From NCBI GenBank assembly GCA_918797485.1, contig CAKKNE010000004.1, forward strand, positions 5,022,001 through 5,086,000: a stretch of 64,000 nucleotides of DNA. Reading direction: 5' to 3'. Positions within the stretch are counted from its first letter, which is position 1; each line of letters starts with the position of its first letter. Source of the stretch: Pelagomonas calceolata (lineage: Eukaryota). Positions 1 to 9,129 of this stretch are shown here, in pieces. The notes below the pieces were generated by a model that made no database searches, had not been told where the DNA came from, and worked only from the letters and a program-made list of their open reading frames with translations. Position numbers and translations under genes: made by a program.

Positions 1-2642
1 TCGAGCTCGACCACGGCGCCGCCGCCGCGGCGTGCTGCTTCTGCCGCGGCGGCGAGCCGCGGGGCGCGGGCGACGCGCGGCCGCCCGTCCTCGTCGCGGC
101 CGGCGGCGACCAGCTCCGGGTCTGGGACCTGGAGACGCGCGCGCTCCTCCACGTCGAGAAGCGCGTCGGCGGCGTCGCGGCGCTCCACGCCGGCGGCCTC
201 GCCGGGGGGCCGACGGGCGCCGACGCCGTCGTCGTCACGTCCGTCGGGGCGGACGCGAAGCAGTGGGCGCTGGACGCGTCGGACGGCGCGCCGCGGCTCT
301 GCCGGCGGCGCGACGGGCTCGGCGGCGCGCCCGCGGTGGTGCGCTGGTACGGCCCGCCCGAGAGCGGCGGCGCGGTCGCGGGCGCGTCCGGCGACGCGTA
401 CGGGTCGCTGCAGCTGCTCGTCGCCGCGCCCCGGGACCGGAGCCTGCGGTGCCTGCACGCCGTGCGCGACCGGCTGAACGGCGAGCTCTCCCAGCGGGGC
501 GCCGCGGACGCGCGCGCGAAGCGGCTCCGGCTCGCGGACCCGAAGGCGCTCCGCCTGCCGCCCGTCACGTGCGTCGCGGCGGGCGACGCGAAGGACGGGA
601 GCTTCCCCAACGTCGTCACGTGCCACCGCGGCGAGCGCGTCGCGCGCGTGTGGTCGCTGGCGGAGCGGCGCCTCGCGGACCACTGCCTCACGCAGCCGCA
701 CTGGGGCGGGCGCGGGCGCGACGACCCGGGGCAGGTGGCCCGGCGGGACTCGGCGACGGCGTGCGACCTGAGCGCGTGCGGGAACTTCGCGCTGATCGGC
801 CACGAGGACGGCTACGTGCGCAAGTACAACGTCCAGTCGGGCGAGGCGCGCGGCACGTACCCCGCGTCGCTCGAGGCCGCGCGGCGCGTCGCGGACCGCG
901 CCGCGTCGGTCGCGGTGCCCGGCGCGGTGGCCCGGGCGGCGCGCGCCATCGCGCGGGTCACGCGCAAGGGCGAGGAGATCGCGCTCCGGGACGACGGCGC
1001 GGACCCGCGGACGGCCGGGGCCGCCGGCGCGCGCGCCTTCGCGCGGGGCAAGGGGCGGCAGCGGAAGCACCGGGGCGGCGTCGTGGGCGTCCACTGCGAC
1101 GCCGCGAACGCCTGGTGCGTGTCGTGCGGCGGCGACGCGGTCAAGTGGTGGTCCTTCGCGGACCACCGGGCGCGGGGGGCCCTGCGCGTCGACGCGGCGT
1201 GCGCGGTCACGGCCTTCGCGCGCGCGTCCGACCTCCTGGCCGTGGGCCTGGACGGCGGCGCCGTGCTGGTCCTGGACGCGCGGCCGCCCGACGCGGGCGG
1301 CGGCCGCGTCCTCCGGCGGCTCGGCACGCACGCCGGCCGGGCGGCGCGCGACCTGTCGTGGTCCGCGACCCGGCAGTCGCTCTACGCGGTCTGCGGGCGG
1401 GGCGCGCTCCACCGGTGGGACGTCGCGTCCGGCGCGTGCGTCGACCGCGTGGCGTTCGCCGAGGAGGCCGTCGCCGTCTCGGCGTCGCCGTCCGGCGAGT
1501 TCGTCGCGACGGCGCACGTGAGCGGCGCGCACGTCGCGCTCTGGACGGACAAGGCGGCCTACGGCCGCGTCGACGCCGCGCCGCTGGGCGAGGACGCGGC
1601 GCCCGCGCCCCTGCGGCCGCTCGCGCCGCGGGACCTGCTGGACGCGCGCGTGGACGTCGCGGCGGCGGCGGCCGACGACGCGGCGGCGATCACCCTGGAC
1701 GACGCGGCCCCCGCCGGCGCGGCGGCGGCGCCGCTCGCCGACGGCGTGCTCGCGGACGCGGCGCGGCGCGGCAGCATCCGGATGTCCGCGGACCCGGCGT
1801 CCTCGCGGGCGCGCATGGAGACGCTCTACGCCCTGGAAGCCGTCGCGGAGCGCAACCGGCCCGTCGCGCCGCCCAAGAAGCCCGAGGCCGCGCCCTTCTT
1901 CCTGCCGTCGGAGATGGACGCCCAGCGACGGGACGCCGCGCCGCCGCCGGCGCTGCCGCCGCCGCCGCCGGAGGACGACGCCTTCGCCGGCGACGACGGG
2001 AGCGACGCCGACGGGAGCGACGCCGACGGGGCCGTCGCGGGCGCCGCCGCCGAGGCGTCGCGCTGCCGCCTGGCGTCGCTCTCGCTCGCGGAAGACGCTA
2101 CAGACGTCGCTACGCACCTCGGCGCGCTCGGCGCCTCGGCCCTCGACGCCGAGATCGCGCTCCTGTGCCGCGGCCCCCACGACGCGCCGGGCGTCGAGCT
2201 CGTGCGGCGCTTCGCGGGGCACCTCGCCACGACCTGTGTGGAAATCAAATTTCGGGCGCCCACGCCATCGACGCGATGTTGTCTCCGTAGCTGCGTCTGC
2301 TCGATGGCGTGGAGTTTTCAGGCCATCGACGCGACCTTGTCGCCGCGACCGCGTCGGTTCGATGGCGTGGAGGTTCACAAAGGTCCACGCAATATTTCTC
2401 AGGATAACCTAACTCACTGGTTGATTTCCACACAGGCCACGACGCTCGAGACGCACGGCCACTTCGACGCCATCCAGGCGTATCTTCATAGACTGGTCCA
2501 GCACCACGCGGCCGTGCTCTCGTTGCCACAACTGCGAGGGCCGTTGGCGACGCTCGCCGCCGCACAGCGCGCCGCGGCGGCGCGGTTCCGGGGGCTCGTG
2601 CACGAGAACCTGTGCTTGCTGGAGGTGGCTACGGCGGACTAG
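1..2642 (+). CDS. UTP21: WD40-repeat U3 snoRNP protein UTP21/WDR36-like, 5' end outside window; intron 2226-2435
   Basis: WD40 strands, LSACGNFALIG, and Utp21 C-terminal motif ERNRPVAPPKKPEAAPFFLPS; FDAIQAYLHRL follows once the introner is removed. Confidence 0.85.
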   Translation, partial: ELDHGAAAAACCFCRGGEPRGAGDARPPVLVAAGGDQLRVWDLETRALLHVEKRVGGVAALHAGGLAGGPTGADAVVVTSVGADAKQWALDASDGAPRLCRRRDGLGGAPAVVRWYGPPESGGAVAGASGDAYGSLQLLVAAPRDRSLRCLHAVRDRLNGELSQRGAADARAKRLRLADPKALRLPPVTCVAAGDAKDGSFPNVVTCHRGERVARVWSLAERRLADHCLTQPHWGGRGRDDPGQVARRDSATACDLSACGNFALIGHEDGYVRKYNVQSGEARGTYPASLEAARRVADRAASVAVPGAVARAARAIARVTRKGEEIALRDDGADPRTAGAAGARAFARGKGRQRKHRGGVVGVHCDAANAWCVSCGGDAVKWWSFADHRARGALRVDAACAVTAFARASDLLAVGLDGGAVLVLDARPPDAGGGRVLRRLGTHAGRAARDLSWSATRQSLYAVCGRGALHRWDVASGACVDRVAFAEEAVAVSASPSGEFVATAHVSGAHVALWTDKAAYGRVDAAPLGEDAAPAPLRPLAPRDLLDARVDVAAAAADDAAAITLDDAAPAGAAAAPLADGVLADAARRGSIRMSADPASSRARMETLYALEAVAERNRPVAPPKKPEAAPFFLPSEMDAQRRDAAPPPALPPPPPEDDAFAGDDGSDADGSDADGAVAGAAAEASRCRLASLSLAEDATDVATHLGALGASALDAEIALLCRGPHDAPGVELVRRFAGHLATTCVEIKFRAPTPSTRCCLRSCVCSMAWSFQAIDATLSPRPRRFDGVEVHKGPRNISQDNLTHWLISTQATTLETHGHFDAIQAYLHRLVQHHAAVLSLPQLRGPLATLAAAQRAAAARFRGLVHENLCLLEVATAD
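2234..2435 (+). mobile_element. Introner element (202 bp), perfect TIRs, TSD GCCACGAC; GC-AG intron 2226-2435
   Basis: CTGTGTGGAAATCA at 2234, TGATTTCCACACAG ending 2435, GCCACGAC at 2226-2233 and 2436-2443. Confidence 0.95.
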
Positions 2643-2781
2643 GTTGGATTCATTAAATTAGTGCTCAAGCGTACAGTCCGGCTGTGAGAAGACCACATAG
2701 GATGAGGACTCGGAAGTGACTCGGAAGTACTAGTAGTAGCACTGGCAGCGGAAAGTCCGAGTGCTAGGAAGTACTTACTTA

Positions 2782-5616
2782 CTATCGCGACTGCGTGTGC
2801 AGCGTGTGCGTCGACCCGCCCGGGATGCTCGGCAGCTGCATCATCGGGTCCTGCTCGTCGACCTTGTCGACGGACCGCTGGACCTCGATCGTGTTCGGCG
2901 ACATGCGCTGCTGGATCTCCTCGGACAGCCCGAGGCCCTGGGGCATGCGGAAGCCGCCGCGCACGACGGTCCGCGGCCGGTGGGCCGCGTCGTCGCTGCG
3001 CTCCTTCTTGTGGCGCACGTTCTCGCGCTGGTAGTCGCGCTGCTTGGCGTAGAGGGGGTCGACGCGCTCCTGGCGCGTCGCGCCGCGGAACTGGACGCGG
3101 TCCATCTCGCCCGACGGCACGGCGAAGGCCAGGGAGCTCTCGGGCCGGGACACGTCCTCGCGGGGCGCGTCCGGCGGCTCCGGGCCCCGGTAGGGGTTCC
3201 TCCGGTTGATGAGGGGCCGGTCGCAGGCGGCGCAGGTCGGCACGTCCAGGCGGCGCGCGAGGAGCCGCGAGTGGCCCACGACGCCGACCATGTCGCACTT
3301 GGAGAGGGACATCTCGATCGCCTGGGCGATCTTCTGCGTTACCTTCCGCCGCGCCTCGAGGCGCAGGCTCCCGGCGTCCGGGTGCCGCTTCGCGATCTCC
3401 TCGCCCACGAGCTCCATGAAGTTCCGGAAGATGCGCTGGCGCCGCTGCTCGACCGACGCGTCCGAGTACGCCACGTCCTCGGGCGCGCCGTGGATCTGCT
3501 GCTCCACGGCCCAGACGTCGGCCTTCCGCGCGATGTAGTCGGCCATGGCCTCGGTGGACAGCGAGATCGCGCGGCACATGTCGCGCGGCAGCGCGGCGGG
3601 GCACCCCTTGTCGTCCGCGGCGCGCTGCTCGAAGCGGTTCGCGACCTTGGCGCACTCGTTGGCCTGGTGCCGCAGGAGCTGCTTCTGGTCCTCCGCGGAC
3701 AGGTGGATGGGCGAGTTCGGCGCCAGCTTGATCTTGAGGGACATCTCGTACTCCATCGTCTCGAAGAGCGCCTTCAGGTGGTCCCGCAGCGTCGCGAGCT
3801 CCTCCGTGAACGACTCCTCCTGGCGCGCGAAGCGCGTCTCCGAGTCCCGCGCGAGCGCGTCGACGGCCGTCGTCACGGCGCCGTGGTTCCCGGCGACGGT
3901 CCCCTCGAGTTCCCGCAGGTGCTCGAGCTGGCGGTCGACGCGCCCGGCGGTCTCCTCCGCCGCGCGCTCGAGCGTCGCGAGGCGCAGGGCCGCGCGCTCG
4001 CCCGCGCCGCCCGCCTCGGCCAGCGCGGTCGCCGTCCGCTCCGCGAGGTCCGTGTGCGCGGCGGCCGTCGCCGCGTTCCACGTGTCCTGACGCGCGCCCC
4101 GCTCGTCCAGGTCCTTCTTCATCGCCGCGAGGACCGCGTCCTGCTCCCGGAGCGTGCCGGGGAAGACGTGGTAGACGTCGTTCTCGTAGCCCTTGACGGT
4201 CGCGGCCGTCGCCCGCTGCGCGGCGGCGTGCTCGTCGAGGCGCGCCGCGGTGGCGTCCGCGTACGACGCAAACGCCTCCTTGTGGGCCGCGAGGTCCGCC
4301 CGGAGGTCCTCGAGGTCCGTCTCCGTCACGACCTCGAGGTCGGCCTCGAGCTGGTCCAGGCGCTTCGCGGCGTCCTTGAGCTGCGCGCCGTGGGCCGTGG
4401 ACCGCTTCTGGGTCTGGTCGAGCTTCTGCTCGGCGCCGTCGACGCGGCGCTCGACGGCCTCCGCGTCCTTGGTCATGCGCTGGCAGCGGCCCTCGACGCC
4501 CTTGAGCGCCTGCCGGAGCTTCTGGAAGTCGTCCTGGACCTCGGCCTTCGTCTCGTCGCGCTCCCGCGCGGCGTCGTCCAGCAGCGCGCGCACCTCGGCC
4601 TCGCGCTCGCCCGCCTCGTCGAGGTTGCGCTGCAGGCCCTGCACGAGGTCCTCGGTCTCCTTCATGGCGTCCTGCAGCTCGCGGCCGTCCGCCCGCGCCT
4701 CCTCGAGCTGCGCGTCCACGTCCTGCCGGTCGGCCGTGATGCGCTGGTCGAGGACGCCGTGCTGCCGCCGCGCGTCGTCGCGGAGGGCCTCGAGGGCCTC
4801 CCCGAGGGCCGTCGCCTGGTCGCGCAGCGCCTCGAGCTCCTCGTTGGACTTGGCCTCGCCCTCGACGAGCGCCGTCTCGATGCGCGTCGCGTCCGCGCTC
4901 GCCTCCATGCGCACGTCGCGCTCGATCTTCGTGAGCTTCTCGGACAGGAAGGTCTTGAGGGCCTTGAGCTTGCCGCCGTACATGTCCTTGAGCGCCTGGA
5001 TCTCCCCCGCGGAGGGCGCGATCTCCACCGTCTTCCGCAGGCGGTCGAGCTCGATGCCGAAGGTCACGAGCTGCGCCTTGACGTCCAGCTTCGCGACCTC
5101 GTCGGCGCGCTCGACCGCGTGGTGCAGCGCGACCAGCCGCCGGTCGAGCTGCGGGTGCGCCACGAGGTCGCCCCGCAGGCGCCGCTCGAGCGCCTCGAGG
5201 GCCGCGGCCGGCGGCGCGGCGGGCGGCGGCGGCGCCTCGGCGGACGCCGCCGGCGCGGGCGCCGCGCCGTGCTCGGGCGAGACGGGCCGCGCCTGGAGCG
5301 CGCTCCGGAGCTCGAGGACCTCGGCCCGGGACTCCGCGAGGCTGCCGCGCAGGTCGACGACCTCCCCCTCGAGCCGGGCGACCTGCGCCTGCAGCTTCGC
5401 CAGCCAGGGCGGCGCCACGATCAGGCGGTCGTGCTCGGCGATCTTGTCCCCGAGCTCGCCCATGAACCGGTGGAGCTCGCCGCTCTCCATCGAGACGAGG
5501 CCGTCGGCGCCGCCCTCGTAGCCGAGACTCGCCCTGAGCTGGTCCTTGAGCTGGTCGAGGCTCTGGTCCCGGGCGAGCTGGTCCTCGTCCCGCACGCTCA
5601 TGTCCTGCTGCGGCAT
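2782..5616 (-). CDS. Long coiled-coil protein with C-terminal CAACDRP motif
   Basis: Uninterrupted ORF with GC3-biased codons and heptad-rich E/A/L/R composition. Confidence 0.75.
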   Translation of the reverse strand: MPQQDMSVRDEDQLARDQSLDQLKDQLRASLGYEGGADGLVSMESGELHRFMGELGDKIAEHDRLIVAPPWLAKLQAQVARLEGEVVDLRGSLAESRAEVLELRSALQARPVSPEHGAAPAPAASAEAPPPPAAPPAAALEALERRLRGDLVAHPQLDRRLVALHHAVERADEVAKLDVKAQLVTFGIELDRLRKTVEIAPSAGEIQALKDMYGGKLKALKTFLSEKLTKIERDVRMEASADATRIETALVEGEAKSNEELEALRDQATALGEALEALRDDARRQHGVLDQRITADRQDVDAQLEEARADGRELQDAMKETEDLVQGLQRNLDEAGEREAEVRALLDDAARERDETKAEVQDDFQKLRQALKGVEGRCQRMTKDAEAVERRVDGAEQKLDQTQKRSTAHGAQLKDAAKRLDQLEADLEVVTETDLEDLRADLAAHKEAFASYADATAARLDEHAAAQRATAATVKGYENDVYHVFPGTLREQDAVLAAMKKDLDERGARQDTWNAATAAAHTDLAERTATALAEAGGAGERAALRLATLERAAEETAGRVDRQLEHLRELEGTVAGNHGAVTTAVDALARDSETRFARQEESFTEELATLRDHLKALFETMEYEMSLKIKLAPNSPIHLSAEDQKQLLRHQANECAKVANRFEQRAADDKGCPAALPRDMCRAISLSTEAMADYIARKADVWAVEQQIHGAPEDVAYSDASVEQRRQRIFRNFMELVGEEIAKRHPDAGSLRLEARRKVTQKIAQAIEMSLSKCDMVGVVGHSRLLARRLDVPTCAACDRPLINRRNPYRGPEPPDAPREDVSRPESSLAFAVPSGEMDRVQFRGATRQERVDPLYAKQRDYQRENVRHKKERSDDAAHRPRTVVRGGFRMPQGLGLSEEIQQRMSPNTIEVQRSVDKVDEQDPMMQLPSIPGGSTHTLHTQSR

Positions 5617-6094
5617 CTTTGCGCTACGCGCTAGGCTATGGGGGGTTATGTCCGTGTGCGCTGCCCTTGTTGCGGCTTGCACGTGTGGCGAGACGCCGGG
5701 CCGGCCGCCCCGCGCACGACTTCTTCCCTCGCTTCAAGACGAGCTGCGGTTTATTCGAGCCTCTGCCCAGATGGGCGCTGCCTCTCTCTGCTGCCACCAC
5801 AAAAACAGGGGGGGGGTGGGGCATGGAACCGGGGAGCCCCTCGGCCCGCCGACGGCAGCCCTCCCCGGAGACCCGGTCCGTGTCTGCACAAAACAAAGCT
5901 AGCGGTTTGTTGCATACTAGAAAAGAATATTAGACTCCCCAGCAGCCTTGAAGCATAGAAAAGCTCCGAGGCCCCCGAGCGACGCCCGAGTTCTCGCGCC
6001 GTTCTCGGCTGTGATACAACCGATAGCTATCTCGACGCGCGGCGCCAACAAGCGCCAGGCCCCAGGGCGGACAAAGCGCTTGCCGCAGCCAAAA

Positions 6095-6799
6095 ATGGCC
6101 ACCCCCTTTTTCACGCCCGCCCTCGAGGACATCGGCCCCGACGCCGGTCCCAAGGCCGACGCCGCGCCGGCCGGCCAGTACCCCGACGAGCTCGCGCCCT
6201 TCTGGGGCTTCGTCTGCATCGTCTCGTGGCTGGCGTCGCTCGACCAGGGCAACTTCTTCCCGGCGGACCAGGCCCAGCGCCCGTCGTCGACGGCGCTCGA
6301 CGCGTTGGCGGAGGAGGAGGAGGAGAAGTCGGCCGTCGCGACGGCCCACGACGACGACGACGCGCTGCTCCCCTACGGCGCGTTCAAGGCCATCGTCGAG
6401 TCCTGCGCGCCGGCGGACCCGGACGAGCCGGCGCCGCCGTTCCACAAGCCGCTCCACGCGCCGCACGCGGAGGCGGCGGCGCTGGCGCCCTACCTCGCCG
6501 GGCTCGATCCGGACGACGAGGCGCCGCTCCTGCCCTACCTGGCCTTCGTGGCCCTGGCCCACCTCCTCTTCCACGACGCCGCGACGACGTTCGTGGCCAA
6601 GACCACGGAGAGCTCGGCGCTCTTCTTCGCGAGCCTCTGGCGCCCGATCGAGTTCATGCTCGCGCCCTTCAGCGCCAGCCGCGAGCCCGCGGCGGGCCAG
6701 AAGAAGACGCGGTCGTCGGAGGACCTCGCGTCGCTCGCCGGCCGGAAGCTCTTCGGCGGCGACGCGCAGCGCTCCGTGCGCGTGCGCACGGCGCTCTGA
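6095..6799 (+). CDS. Hypothetical protein
   Basis: AAAAATG start and coding-like codon usage. Confidence 0.65.
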   Translation: MATPFFTPALEDIGPDAGPKADAAPAGQYPDELAPFWGFVCIVSWLASLDQGNFFPADQAQRPSSTALDALAEEEEEKSAVATAHDDDDALLPYGAFKAIVESCAPADPDEPAPPFHKPLHAPHAEAAALAPYLAGLDPDDEAPLLPYLAFVALAHLLFHDAATTFVAKTTESSALFFASLWRPIEFMLAPFSASREPAAGQKKTRSSEDLASLAGRKLFGGDAQRSVRVRTAL

Positions 6800-6874
6800 C
6801 CCCTTTTCCTACCACGGACCCCCCGTGTAAGCGAGTGTGTTCATACCATACCGCGACTAGTACAAACATGCGAC

Positions 6875-7886
6875 TTACCTCCCGTGCCGCGTCGTGGTCC
6901 GGTCCGTCAGGACCGTCGAGGCCGTCGAGAGCGTGATGTTGATCGCGAAGGCGGCGCCCCGGTTGCCCTCGGCGTCCTCGAGCGATATCCAGACGAGGCG
7001 CTGGTGCACGTTCGGGACCTGTGAAGAGCGAAGGGTGAGTCGCGTCGATGGCGTCGCCTCTCGAACGCGAGCGCGGCGACAGAGCGACGGCGCCGCGCCG
7101 ACGCCATCGCCGACGCCGCGCCCTCTCGACGCGTGGCGCCGTCGACGCTGCGCCACAAATCGAAGACAAATACAACACCGAACACCGACGTCCCGGACGG
7201 ACAGCGCCTCCGAGGCCTTGTAGAGCACGGTCCGCAGCGCGTCGCGGAAGTGCGTGATCTTCGCCTCCCGGTTGTGCCGCCGCAGCTCGCCGCCTGCGTG
7301 GAAATCAACCAGTGTTTCGGGTGCACTAAGTCATTTCTCGGCGATGACGCGGCCGTCCTGGCTCGGTCGAGCGGTAAGGAACCGGCATCGTCACGCCATC
7401 GAGCAGGCGTCGCGTCGATGGCGTGGAGGACGACGCGATGATTCAGCACCACGAACGCGCCGTAAAATTTTGATTTCCACACAGCTCGCCGCCCGTGGCC
7501 TCGAGCGTCATGGTGCGGCTCCGCTCGTCGTAGCTGCCGTGGACCTCGGGGACCGTGCCCGGGTACCGCAGCGCGTCGTCCTTCCACGTCGCGGGGTCGA
7601 AGTGGAGGAACGCCGCCGTCAGGTCCGACGAGCTCAGGTCGTAGATCTCGATGTCGCCGCACAGGAGGATCCAGGGGTTGTCGTGCTCCCTAAAGTTGAA
7701 CGGGCGGGGACTCAGGTAGGTGTACTGCATGCGCCCCTGGCCCATCAGGTTCATGGCGCCCGACGAGTTCACGATCGGGAGCGCCAGCCGCCGCTCGCCG
7801 GCCACCGTCAGCTCGTGCGTGGCGCGGTCGTCGGCGGCCGCGGTACGCAACGCGTAGGCGAGGAGAACGACGCCGCGCGTCTTCAT
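6875..7886 (-). CDS. Hypothetical secreted protein; introns 7294-7492 and ~7019-7189
   Basis: Signal-peptide-like MKTRGVVLLAYALRTAAA; removing the introner joins EATG|GELRRHNREAK in frame. Confidence 0.65.
7294..7484 (-). mobile_element. Introner element (191 bp), TSD CTCGCCGC
   Basis: CTGCGTGGAAATCA...TGATTTCCACACAG with TSD at 7286-7293 and 7485-7492. Confidence 0.95.
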
Positions 7887-8156
7887 CACGAAGGGCAGCC
7901 CCCAGCTGTGGGATGGCGCTCCCTTGACTAAGACGAGAGTCGCACCGAGTGAGCGTCGAGCTATGGTGAACCGCTGCGCGTGCGGGGTGTGTTACAGGCA
8001 GCCTGTGCTCTACGTCCGGCCGGTGCCGAAACCAACGCAAAACCCGGGCAAGTGCTATTTCCCGGCCCAGCTGCGGTGAGTACATAGTTTGTCCTGGCGC
8101 ACACAGCAAGGCCACACTCCTGCGGAACCACAGGAATAGAGCATTCATGTGATGGT

Positions 8157-8753
8157 ATGCCGGCGCTCCTGCAAAACTGGTCGCGCGAGGCGCAGGCATT
8201 CGTCGCTCTGCGAGACGCCTGGGCAGCAGGCGTCGAACCGCAGTTCCCCTGGGCCTGGCGCTTCGAACGCGTGCCGCCGACGCACCCGCTCGCCGCGTGC
8301 GTCGACGGCTACCTCGTGTGGGAGCGCCACTTCCGCGCGCCGATCGCGGCGGCGGCGCCGGAGCGCTGCGCCTCGGAGGAGGACGCAGCCTGCGCGCCAC
8401 GGGACGCCTCGCTCGACGAGTGGGAATACCACATCCTCCCGTCGACGGCCTACGGCTCGCCGGAGCTGCGGCTGCGCGTCGCGCGCTACGACGGCGCGCC
8501 GCGGTCGCCCGCGGAGATCCGGCGCGTTTTCGCGGGCGACGCGGTGCTCTCGTGGGAGCCGCACCCCGTGACGGGCGAGCTTTTCTGCCTCGTCCACGGC
8601 TGCCTGGACGGCGACGCCGGCGACGACGCGTCGCTTCTGGCGTGGTTCTCGCGGACGGCGCGGCTGCTCGGGCTGCGCGTGCCGCCGGAGAAGTGGCTCG
8701 CGCTGCGGGATGCGTGGGAGCGGGGCGTCGCTGGCGGCGGCGACGGGGCCTAA
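8157..8753 (+). CDS. ATG10: Autophagy E2-like enzyme ATG10
   Basis: WEYHILPSTAYGSPEL and WEPHPVTGELFCLVHGC match the ATG10 YHI..S.sY..P and HP...HPC motifs. Confidence 0.8.
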   Translation: MPALLQNWSREAQAFVALRDAWAAGVEPQFPWAWRFERVPPTHPLAACVDGYLVWERHFRAPIAAAAPERCASEEDAACAPRDASLDEWEYHILPSTAYGSPELRLRVARYDGAPRSPAEIRRVFAGDAVLSWEPHPVTGELFCLVHGCLDGDAGDDASLLAWFSRTARLLGLRVPPEKWLALRDAWERGVAGGGDGA

Positions 8754-8814
8754 TTCTTTTTATGTGTGTACGGAGAGCCGCGCCTGGCCGGACAGCGGCA
8801 CCTGGCGAATTATC

Positions 8815-8896
8815 GATGTTACGGTGCTAGGACTAGTGGGCGGAGCCCCTGGGGGGGAGACACCGCGCGTCGCCGATTCATCCGGGCCGCTTCTTT
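8815..8896. repeat. Short dispersed repeat (family B) flanked by 14-bp direct repeat CCTGGC(G/A)AATTATC
   Basis: Near-exact reverse complement at 34241-34305; partial copies at 29111, 29167, 39576 and 51378. Confidence 0.8.
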
Positions 8897-8911
8897 CCTG
8901 GCAAATTATCC

Positions 8912-8933
8912 GCTAGCGGTCGTAAGACACTAG
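8912..8933 (+). promoter_or_regulatory. Recurrent intergenic motif GCTAGCGGTCGTAAGACACTAG, the first of 12 clear copies
   Basis: Also at 16620, 20373, 25328, 25361, 28902, 30539, 42877, 48523, 52073, 55509 and 59604; function inferred from position only. Confidence 0.6.
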
Positions 8934-8949
8934 GGCATCCTAGCTGTGC

Positions 8950-9045
8950 CCGCGCCACACACCTGTGGACAGGTGGCGGGGCTTTTGTAGCGGGTGTAAA
9001 GCCGCGCCACACACCTGTGGACAGGTGGCGGGGCTTTTGTAGCGG
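8950..9045. repeat. Tandem duplication, 52-bp period, each copy with a CACCTGT-GG-ACAGGTG hairpin
   Basis: Copies start at 8950 and 9002. Confidence 0.9.
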
Positions 9046-9129
9046 CGTATATATTAACCTCAGCCGCAGCATCCAGCCGCAGCGGCAGCTCGCCGCCCGA
9101 ACTCTGCAAGAGGTCACCGCGCACGCACC

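Noticed and set aside
32..5634. Very long Arg/Gly/Ala-rich ORFs (e.g. 32-2290 and 2761-5634; also 10274-13267 and 23302-25203)
   Set aside because: Shadow frames of real genes caused by high GC and scarce stop codons
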